NCBI GenBank assembly: GCA_002269645.1 | Contig: NIVC01002900.1 | Coordinates: forward strand, 1 to 64,000 | DNA from: Macrostomum lignano | Taxonomy: Eukaryota | DNA length: 64,000 bases | Reading direction: 5' to 3' | Part shown: positions 12,481 to 22,369 of the stretch, piece after piece | Layout: each line of letters begins with the position of its first letter | Numbering within the stretch: the stretch's first letter is position 1 | Made by a program: the position numbers and the translations under genes | Notes under the pieces: generated by a model | The model's database searches: none | What the model saw: the letters and a program-made list of their open reading frames with translations, nothing else | Told to the model about the DNA's origin: nothing

Positions 12481-13820
12481 GTCAGTGATTCGTGCTGTAC
12501 GAGTATGCCTGGAGAGACAAGTAATTTGGCCTTTCGCTGCTCGTTGGGCAGGCCTTTCTATCAGATCAACCATAGCTGAGTCGAAGGGCTGGTCTCCGGC
12601 AAAATCACCGCTACCATTGTCCCAATTGAACAATTCATTATTTTTTCGTCACAGTGCAACACAAATTTAGGCTATCGAGACTTTTTCATGTTCGTGCGAG
12701 TCTGCAAAAACAAAAAGCAATGTCCGGATTTCATTCATTTTAGTTAGACTCGGTTAGTCACTCCCAGTCTGCTTCAGATTTTTGGTTTGCCGCGAATCTG
12801 TACTTTCATTTTGCCAGCTCGCTTAGTCGCAGCTAGGATCGCAATCCCGCGAATTTTTTTTGTTTTTTTTTTACAAAACGTGTCGTAAAATGCTGTAATT
12901 TTTTTAATTATACTGCTGTAGCAAGGATTTCTCTATAACAAGAAGTTTCTAGTTGCGGCTGTTAACGACTGAAGCAGTAGGGCTCGTCAAAATTGTACCA
13001 TGCAGCAGACAGATGGATTTCGGCCAGACCAGGCTCATAGTCTACATTTCTAAGTAAATAGGTGAAGGCAGGTGAAAATGAAAGTCACTAGGAGTACCTT
13101 TAGCATGCTGACTGTTGAGAGGCATTTCTCATTATCGGAAACGAAATCCTATTCACAGTCCTATAATTTCATACTTTTCTTAAAGCAGCTTTATAATTTC
13201 TGTAAGCTGTAGTAACTGTCAAAATAATTAAGTTGTATTCCATGCTGTTGAAACAGGTGAGTTTCAAGTTCCTGATTAATACATTTAGAAACGTTAATTT
13301 CTACTTAAGACCAGAACTTTCGCATGCACCGAGTAAATTCCTTTTTATTTCTATTTGGATTTGTACATTGTGAGAGGTTGGACTTAGTATAGAAGCCTAG
13401 TGTGACAACTGTGATATTTTTTTTCTTGTAAATGAATATTGAGGACCCCGAGGTGAGGACCCCGAGCGAATTGAATTAGGTTTGGAGAATGCGTATTGAA
13501 AATGGATAATGGGAGGATTGAGCAAGTAGTGAGTATCCATAATGTATATTTAGTATGTTGGTATTTTCGGGGATAAGATCATGACGTAAATTTTGCGACT
13601 TTTGGAGACCAGCAGATAGTTCAGAAAGCTGCCTTTATATAATCCTACTATTCCTAAGTCAACCCCTTTTATCGATTTCTTCGAGAATAATCAATATGCG
13701 AGCCCGTAGAAACAATGGCATAATGAAGGAAGTGAAAAAAGTTGTCTGAAAAGCCTCCTCATGCCTAGTATTATAATCATAAGTCAAATTTCTCATTCTC
13801 ACAACAGTATTTGCTGTTGC

Positions 13821-13838
13821 TGTGTGTGTGTGTGTGTG

Positions 13839-13870
<32 letters not shown>
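13821..13870. repeat. (TG)n microsatellite, the 3' tail of the LINE
   Basis: Lies directly after the LINE 3' end on the minus strand. Confidence 0.9.
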
Positions 13871-16800
13871 GGTCGTTCGGAAAAAGTCGTCCTTCAGGCT
13901 AGCCATTCAGGGTGACTAGCCCTCAGGAAGCGTAGTGTCACCAACTCGTCGTGCAAGTTACTCGTGCCATTGAGGCCACACGTGATGCGGATCCAATCCC
14001 ACTTCGCGCATTCAAACCAATGGTCCTTGTCGCTAGGCGCGCCGAACTCTGTACAGGTTGTCATTCGCTCCTTGTTGATCTTGTTTTTCCAGTAATCGGT
14101 GTATCTACAGTGCCCTGTCCTGAGTTGGGCCAGGATGGCGGCCTCCCTTCTGGACGTGGCGGACCTGATGATCGGGTGGTTATACACGGATTTCAATCTC
14201 TGGTCGTTAGTAGTGAGGGTCTCTTTTTCGCGTATTTCTCTATTTTGGGGTGTGTTCTTCTATCACGTCCATGGCTAGGTGTAAAGCTTTTCTTTCAGCC
14301 ACGAGCGAGCTGCAAAGCGCTCCAGCGGCTGCAGTCCTCGCGATGGTAAGTTCGTTGCTGTAAGCTATACAAGCTGCACCGCCGTTTCTACCTTCACCGC
14401 TGACCGAGACATCAGTGTGAATTTTAAATTCGGCGTTGACGGCCTCCTTAATAGCCTTCCTCGCGGCCTCGGCGAGATCTGTGTCTCCCTTTTAGACCTC
14501 CTGGGAGCTCATGGAAAATCTTGATTCTGTCCGCCTGAAATCTTTTCCACGGTGGGTGTCTTTTAATTGCAAACTCTTCTCTTGGTGCGTTGCAGATCAT
14601 GAGGCAGAGTTCTCTAGTTTGGTCTCTCCATCCCCTGTTGGCTCTGAGTCTGCGGTTTCCATGCTGCTCCCACATTTTTTCTAGGGTTCCAGGGTGGGTG
14701 TCTAGCCGCTTTTTCCCACTCCATCATGCTCTTGATTCTCGCAGAGCTGGTGATAGGTAGGATTCCCGTTTCCAGATATACGGCTTCGATCGGGGTAGAC
14801 TTCATCAGGCCCGCAGTACTTCTGAGACACTCTCTTTGGGCTCGTTCTAACTTATCGAAGTTGGACTTTGCTATCCAAGGTAGCCAGGCAGCTTCGCAGT
14901 ACCAGACACAGCTTTCGACGATAGATTTATAGACTTTGATCAATTCTTCTTTATTCCATCCCCAATCAGTAGTAGCAAGCACTTTGATCACTCTGCTGCG
15001 TTTCCTCATTTTTTCGATGATCTTATCAGTGTGGTCTTGAAAGTGGAGGCCGCTGTCAATAGTGATTCCCAGATATTTGAGTGCTCTTCTGGTTTCGATG
15101 GGCCTGTTGTTGATGGTGAGTCCGAGTCTAAGCGTAGCGTCATGAGGTGACCTGCTGTACAGGCACGCCTCGTACAATCTTCAACTTTTTGGCCTAGCTA
15201 TAGGTTTTGTCTAAAGCGTTCTGGATTCTATAGTTTTGACTTCTTCGATCCTCTCCCCGCTGGTCCATATCGCTAGGTCATCTGCAAAGCCTCCGTACTC
15301 AACTCCTTCGGTCTCTTTGCCGTTCCAGTCGTTGACGTACAGGAGGTAGAGAATCGGCGCGCACACTGAGCCTTGAGGGAGACCTTGGTGGAAACGTCGG
15401 TATTTACTAATCCGTCTCCAATGCGGACTCTAGACTGGCGGCCTTCAAGGAAACTGGAGAACCAACGGGTGAGGTGTACAGGAACTCTTTCGTCCATCAG
15501 TCTTTCCACCAGTTTGACCCTACAAACCATTTCGTAGGCCTTGGAGCAGTCCAGGGTCACTGCCAGGGTCTTCTTTGGTTTACGTAATTACCATCCCTCT
15601 TGGATGTTCTGCACCAGTCTAAGAACTTGCTCCTCCGTGCTTCTACCTCGTTGAAAGCCGGCTTGCCATGGGCGGATCACCCGGTCTTCTTCCATCCAGT
15701 ACATGAGTCTGTTGCCTGTTGGTAACCATACGTTTCATGATCTTAGCGCAGACTGGAGTCAAGATGATCGGTCGGTATGAGTCCCTCTGCATGGGGTCCT
15801 TGCCTAGGTATCGGAATGATTTCCGCTTTCTTTCAAAGTCTCGGGCATAAGTATTCTTCCCAGCTTCGATTGAAAAGACCTAGCCATCTCATTCTCCTTT
15901 GGTAGAAAGGTTTTGCATAAATCACACTTCCACTCCGTCGACTCCGCCCTTCTTTTCCGGGGCCATGTTTTTGATGGCGTCGATGAGTTCTTCGTCGCAG
16001 AAGGGGATCCCGAATTCCGGGGCCTCCTCATAGATGGTGAGCCTTCTGGCCACTCTGGCCCTTTGATTCCGGTCTTCTTTTTCCATGTTGACCTATTGTT
16101 ATTAGCGTAGAGGTCTGCGAAGAGCGTGGCTTTCTCGCGGTCCGTCCAGGCGGTTTTGTGGTCCGCATTGATGTTTTGGTTGAGTGCGTTTTGCGCTCCT
16201 CCAGAGTACAGAGATTTGATGGTGGCCCATGTTTTCCTACCATCGTCCGCTTCCTCCAGGCTTTCAACATGTTCCCTCCAAAACTCTTGCTTTTTGTTTA
16301 GTTTTTTCAATAAGTTTTTGGTTCTGTGAACACCATCTTTCTCTAACTCTCCGGCGAATCTCTGGGTTCTTTGTCTCTGGTTTTCTGTATCTCTGAAAGT
16401 TCCTCGTCCCAGAAGGGTTTGTACTTGGGACCGGACTTCCTCTTACTAATGCTCGCTTCCGCCGCCTTGATCAGTGCCTCTCCCAGGGCTTTGGCCTCTT
16501 GGCTAACCGAGTTAACAGGAATATCATCCGCTAGCTCATCGAACGCGGTCTGGAAAGCGGTCCAATCAGCTTTTTTCCAGGCCCACGCGTGGCGGGCTCG
16601 GGATTCCCTAACCTCTCTATCCGTGTTAATCTCAATAATAATCGGGTAATGGTCAGATCCGAGTCCGTTGACCGTCTTCCAAGAGCTTCTCTGCCCGAGA
16701 TCTCCAGCTGCAAGGAATATATCCGGGACACTAGTGCGGCCAGTCCTCCAGTCGGTTCTGGTTGGTGAGCCGTCATTCAGTATGTTGTATCCGTACTCGC

Positions 16801-18099
16801 TGCACCAGTCAATCAGTTCTCGTGCCTCCCTTCTGCTCTCGCGGCCCTGGTCGTCGTCGCTGCCCCAATCGGCTGCATGTAGGTTGAGATCTCCTAGTAC
16901 CAGCTCTCTTCTATCGGATTTCATTCAGCTCCAGATGCTGTCCTCCTCGCGGTCATCCACGTTGGTTATCATGACTTTCTCTTTTCTGCTAGCATCGACC
17001 AGGACCCGTACGCCCTCAGTAGTGGTTCCTTTCCAGCTGTTCCAACGTCTGAAGGAGATGTTGTGCCGGATCAAGGTGAGGAGTCCTCCCCTTTCGAGTG
17101 GTCGCTGCGGCGGATTTCCAAACGGTCTTTCCGGATCGTAGTGAAGCCGCTAAAGCGGGGGTTGTACTCCGCGCTTCGAGTTTCGATTCCTGAATGACTG
17201 CGACATCGATATTTTGGTCGTGGAGGAATGCTTCGAGTTCAGCTCTTTTGGTTCCGATCCCGTCAGCGTTCCATTGGAGAATTCTGATGGTTTTAGTTTT
17301 GGTTTGTTTCCAACTTTCTTTCTTTCCTGTCGTAGTGTCTTCGGTCTCATGCTCCTCCCTTTCCTTCTTGATAGTATTTAGGCGTTCGAGACAGTCGCCG
17401 CAAGTCCACAGGCCTTTCTTCACTTCGGTTTCTAGTTGCTTTCTGCTGGCCTGGGTGCATTTCTTATGATACATTCCATCGCACCGTCTACATTTGGATA
17501 TCGTGGGCGAGACTCTAATGGCTTTCCCGCAACCTACTCTCCTGCATTTGGTTCCAGCGTTAGTCTCTCTCACCAGCTGTTCTCTACGATTCTTAAATTC
17601 TTCTAGTAGAATGCATGAGGGGGCTTCTGGGACAAAATTTGTAACGTCCACCATAATCCCATTAAATCCATTCATATTATCCCTGATAGAATCAGAAAAA
17701 AGGGGGGTCGCACTCGCTCACAAAACGTCCTCCATAATCCCATTAAATCCATCCATATTATCCCCGACAGAATCAGAAAAAAAAGAGTGGGTCGCACTTG
17801 CTCCGAAAACTTCGGAGTAACATGGAGTATGGAGTAACATACGTAAAAGATTACGACAGCTACTATAACTTTGCAGAAATCATTAGGCAATTGTAGAATG
17901 TCGTTACAATACGCTATAAGACTTTTAGACTGCATTAATAGATATTTTTACGCATGGTATTTTGCTGTGTGGCGGGTGGGTGATAGCGGAATGGGTATGG
18001 CAGCTGTTTCTTGTCATAGCGCGAGCGGTGTGTGCAGCATAGAGAAAAAAGCTTTCCCAGCTCAAGCCTTAACTAGCTCAAAGGATCCCTTGCCTAGCT

Positions 18100-18584
18100 T
18101 CAGAAACGCCCATTTAGTTCCTTGTTTAAACCCCCAGCCTTCTCAACCCCCAGCTCTTTCAGCAGTCTTCCTAGTTCTTTACTTGGCGCATGCAATAAAA
18201 AGCCCACCCCTTCTCCCAAACAGCCGCCAAGCCCCAATCCCAACTTTGTCTTACCAAAAATAACAGCTTTAACTAGCTTCCGAGCGATCGATTCCCTCCA
18301 CCCGCTTGAAGTCCCCATATTGTCTAATCTCCTAAGCATTTCTTTATCCCAGCGATTCTTCTCCTCAGGATAATCCTTATACTTTTTGTCGTGCCACATG
18401 CAGACAGAGTCTAGCTCATTCACAGGCTCATGCCCAGGATTTGGATTATTGTTTTTATCTAACTGTTTTTAAGTGGATTCGAAGGCCCGCAATATTTGTA
18501 GCCGGGAATTGTCCAGCCTTTGTTTGGATGAGGAAGCTTTTCAATTAATCCATGTGAATCTAAGTTACCACCATAGCGTTGCAT
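18100..18584 (-). CDS. Parvovirus VP1u-type phospholipase A2 (Polinton/adintovirus PLA2), one frameshift
   Basis: MQRYGG...PGYKYCGPSN (Ca-loop-like), frameshift near 18465, then NELDSVCMWHDKKY (HD dyad) and KTKLGLG. Confidence 0.8.
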
Positions 18585-18612
18585 TATTTATTTAAAATTT
18601 TCTTTTTAAAAA

Positions 18613-19639
18613 ATGGCAGAAGAAAAACTTAAATCTATCTACTACAGCGACAAAGGATTCTTTGTAGGCAAAAATGCAGTCGCCAAACTCGCAGAACTAA
18701 GTAATGAATCAAAACAAACAGTTGAAAGATGGCTCTCCAAGCAAGCAGTCTACCAAGTCTATTTCCCACCAGTAAAATTTGAAAGGCCCCATTTCAGTAT
18801 TTATAAACCTAATGAGGCGCACCAAGCAGATCTTCTGTTTCTCCCCAATGACTCAGGCTACAAGTATGCTCTCACAGTTATAGACATTGCCTCCAGATAT
18901 AAGGAAACGAGACCACTTAAGACAAAGAAGTCAGAAGCAGCTGCAGCTGCCCTCCAAGAAATTTACAAAAACTCACCCCTTAGTTACCCTGAAATCTTTA
19001 TGACCGACCCGGGAAAAGAATTCCTAGGTGCGTTGAAATCACTTCGACATAAGTATGACACAAAAATTCGCTACGGAAGAACTGAGCTCCACAGAGACCA
19101 GGCTTTTGTGGAAAGATTCAATCTAACTCTAGCCAAGAGACTATTCACTAAGCAGACAGCAGAGGAGCTGAAACTAAAAAGTGGCCAGTACTATACAAAA
19201 TGGACAGACCGCCTCCCCACTGTTATAGAGCAACTGAACAATGAAGTAACACGCATGACTGGATTGAAACCGTCCCATGCAATTAAACAAGACACTGTCG
19301 AACTTAAGGCATCTCTTAGAACAGACAACACACACAAAACACACAACACAAAACACACCTCGAACTACCCTAAGCTTCCAGGAGTTGAATCACCATACAT
19401 TACGGACAAACTCTGAGTTTCTACGCTTTTTATATCTACCTGGAGAGCTAGAGAAAGACACCAAAAGAAGAGCTACAGATCCATACTTCAGCCTTGATGT
19501 ACATAAAATAGACAGACATTTTACCTCCGACTCCGGTGACTATTACTTTTTATCTCAAGCCTTTAACCCTAAATCCCCCACGCGGTCATTCACTAGAGCT
19601 GAACTCCTAGTGATACCAGCTGACACAGAAATTAATTAA
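18613..19639 (+). CDS. Polinton retroviral-like integrase (frameshift near 19400)
   Basis: HQADLLFLP, LTVIDIASRY, MTDPGKEF, VERFNLTL (DDE), with a C-terminal RRATDPYFS...RSFTRAELL segment in ORF 19277-19639. Confidence 0.88.
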
Positions 19640-19656
19640 AATATTAAAATAAAAAA

Positions 19657-20197
19657 TGACAACGGTTGAAACCAGAACCATCAATAAACTCAATAAAACC
19701 GCTAGCCTATGATCTCACTGTAATGAGAGTGGTCATGCAAGTTCACAAAGATGCGGAGGTTGTTTAAAGATGACACTTGGTATAGGGAATTGGGATTCGA
19801 GAAGAAAGTTTATAAGGCAGAATCCGCGGCGCGGACCGCCACTCAAACGTCGGGGGCCGTTAGCATGGCCCGTAAGCGTAAGCGTAAAAAAAACGTAAGC
19901 GGTTTGTTCTTAGCACCCAATATTGCAGACATTGTAAAGGGTTTGAATATTCTAATCAGAAGTAATCTCAGTCTTAATTGGGTATTTAAGGGAAAGCGAA
20001 CGGATATTTTGTACAACATCTCTAACTCTGTTGCTGGAGGAAAGATGTTGGTAGAGAAACCAAATCCAGTGAAAAGAGTTGTATTGAGTAATAAGGAGAT
20101 TCACGAGATTGTGCTACAGTTTGAGACTGAAGATGGGGTGGGTGTTGATTTTAACGGTGAAGAGTTTGTATTGACGTTGATCATTGAGAGAATGTAA
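19657..20197 (+). pseudogene. Polinton minor capsid (penton) remnant
   Basis: C-terminus ILYNISNSVAGGKMLVEKPN...EIVLQFETEDGVGVDFNGEEFVLTLII resembles Polinton penton C-termini; the 5' part is disrupted. Confidence 0.6.
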
Positions 20198-20238
20198 GAA
20201 AAAAATTACAATTGCAAACTACAAAACAAAACTACAAA

Positions 20239-20478
20239 TTACAACTGCCTTATAACTTCAGCGAAGTTATAGTAGCTGTCGTAATCTTTTACGTAGGTTA
20301 CTCCATACTTATGAAACCAGTGAGATTTAAGTGCTTGACTAATATTAGGGACATTGATATCAACGCCGGGCCAATATTTTCTCATGTACTCGCTGCATTC
20401 TAGTTTGCATCGGTACTTACTCTTGTAATTAGGCTCGTGCACTTTGTAATAAGAACCTGGAGCGACAACTGGAAACAT
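20239..20478 (-). CDS. 79-aa unknown ORF inside the right TIR; 3' end duplicated in the left TIR (17830-17895)
   Basis: GVTYVKDYDSYYNFAE(V/I)IRQL is present in inverted orientation at both ends. Confidence 0.4.
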   Translation of the reverse strand: MFPVVAPGSYYKVHEPNYKSKYRCKLECSEYMRKYWPGVDINVPNISQALKSHWFHKYGVTYVKDYDSYYNFAEVIRQL

Positions 20479-20892
20479 TTTTAGAGAAAATTTAATTTTT
20501 TTTTCGGAGGATGAGCACCCTGCGCTGAGGATTTAAAGTCTTAGGGATCTGATTTCGCGAATTGAATGTGGGGAGAAGAATGCAGATTATTTTCTGATTG
20601 TTTCGAAGATGCTATGGGTGGATGTTAGTGGATTATGTAGGACACCTGTTATGCTCTGATTCTGGGATAATATGGATGGATTTGGGTGGATTATGGATGA
20701 CTTTTTGTGAGCGAGTGCGACCCTCTGATTCAGGGATAATATGGATGGATTTAATGGGATTATATTTGAAGTTTTCAAAGCGAGTGCGACCCCCCTTTTT
20801 TCTGATTCTGTCGGGGATAATATAGATGGATTTAATGGGATTATGGAGGACGTGAAAAATTTTGTCCCAGAAGCACCCTCATGCATTCTACT

Positions 20893-21149
20893 TCTTCTTC
20901 TTCTTCCGTCCTCCATTCCTCCGCGATGGTACATTTTTTACATTTCCACTGCGTATTACCGGTCTTGATCTTGTCTTGCTTCGCCCGGGTAAGGCCTGTG
21001 CAACTGCCATGGTACTGACATCCGCAGTTAGCGCACTCAATCGGTTTGGTCCCCGTAGCAATTTTCTTGCCGCACCGGTTACACGGTCCGGAGTTCACTT
21101 CGACGTCTCCAGCCTGTACAAGTCTAGCCGCTGTCCACCATTTTTCCAT
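20893..21149 (-). CDS. LINE ORF N-terminus: 2A-like motif plus first PHD finger
   Basis: RLVQAGDVEVNSGP followed by CNRC...CANC...YHGSC...WKCKKC. The frame resumes at 17604 (EFKNRREQ...) with a second PHD finger. Confidence 0.8.
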
Positions 21150-21291
21150 CCTTTTTTATTTGGTTTTCGGGTTCTTTGTTATTTTTGATAGGTTTTTGTC
21201 GTTTGAAGAATTCTGAACATTTGGATCTGGATGTGCGCCGTTTTCCTTCGAACTGCTTAACTAATGCAACGGCTTGGTGACGCTCCGTTTC

Positions 21292-21373
21292 AATCCGAGT
21301 GTTCGTGCATCCGACGGTGATCAGATCGTCGGCTCCCGTCCGCCGCGTAGAGGCCCCCGGATTATAGGACAGG
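21292..21373 (-). ncRNA. HDV-like self-cleaving ribozyme fold at the LINE 5' end
   Basis: P1 CCUGUCC/GGACGGG, P2 AAUCCGGG/CUCGGAUU, P3 GCC/GGC, L3 UCUACGC, P4 CCGACG/CGUCGG, J4/2 CGAA. Confidence 0.75.
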
Positions 21374-21916
21374 CTGTTGCTGTTGTTAAGGTCAACAAGA
21401 CAAGCTGTTGACAAGAGGTTTTTTGTCTCCCACCTCATCAGTGAAATGAGTTTTCTGATCGGTAAAATTCAGATCACTGAAAAAAGTTTTGTTTTAAAAA
21501 GAAAATCAAAGATGGCAAGTGTCATCCACATAGCGTTTGTGGTATCTCGGAGCAGTTTCTAACTTCATACGTACATTTTCATATGTCAAGCTTGAATTAA
21601 GACCAAAAATACTTGAATTCGTATCCATAAAACACAAACCTAGTCTCAATGTTCAACTGCAATACGGCTATTCTAAGTAACCTGACCACATTACGGAACT
21701 TCCCTCCCCCTGACATGTCCTCTTGGATCCTGCAGCCAAATCTTTAGCATTTAATTAAATGTTGAAATATTCCTGTTTCTGTCTAGTTTATTAAATAAAA
21801 ATTTAAATAAACAGTCAATCGCCCTGAAAATGAGCAAATGTAGTCCAAATGCATCGGAAATTAATAAATAAATGTTGATAAGATCTATTGAAGATATTTT
21901 AACCATTTTATTTTAG

Positions 21917-22321
21917 ATGGCAACAAAGGAAATCAAGCAAAGTCAGGATCTCTCGCTCAGTCTAGAAGACGAGCCTATAGAAGACACAGAGCCGCTTGTT
22001 TCCTTTCAAAGCAACCAAGAGAAGCAACTTGCAGTTAACGAACCATTGAAAAAAGCAACTGATTTTGAAAGGCTCACTCCAGGCAGCATCGAGTGGGTGA
22101 AGCCCGGTGATGTCTTCAAGATCAACGGTCAGCTGATTATTGTTGAAGAGGTACAGTGTAACAAAGTCTGTGTGGCTTGCAGAGAGAAAAATCTTCTTAG
22201 AGCTGGCCAAGCCTAGCTCTCTCAATAAATACCAGTATATTTTCCAGCCTGACTAGGCTGACCAATCAGCCGCTACCTCTGGCGTGCTCGCGCTCCAGAG
22301 TATGCACATGCGCGAGTACAA

Positions 22322-22369
<48 letters not shown>

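Larger units (their letters stand above)
17605..20892. mobile_element. Internally deleted Polinton/Maverick (adintovirus-like), 3.29 kb
   Basis: Both ends read 5'-AGTAGAATGCATGAGGG; 6-bp TSD TCTTCT at 17599-17604 and 20893-20898; long TIRs with ~80-bp tandem subrepeats; carries a Polinton-type integrase and a penton remnant. Confidence 0.9.
13824..21372 (-). mobile_element. Full-length Ingi/I-group-like non-LTR retrotransposon (2A-like, PHD, PHD, APE, RT, partial RNase H), degraded and interrupted by a Polinton
   Basis: TSD gctgttgctgt at 13813-13823 and 21373-21383; (CA)n 3' tail. APE motifs ILQWNADG, VIQESKL, GDLN, GSDHYP. RT fragments LDCSKAYE and KYLGITID. RNase H N-half only. C-terminal LAQLRTGH. 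Confidence 0.88.

Noticed and set aside
20340-20380. 2A-like RDIDINAGP on the + strand
   Set aside because: Poor consensus match, in a short frame antisense to the TIR ORF; probably chance.
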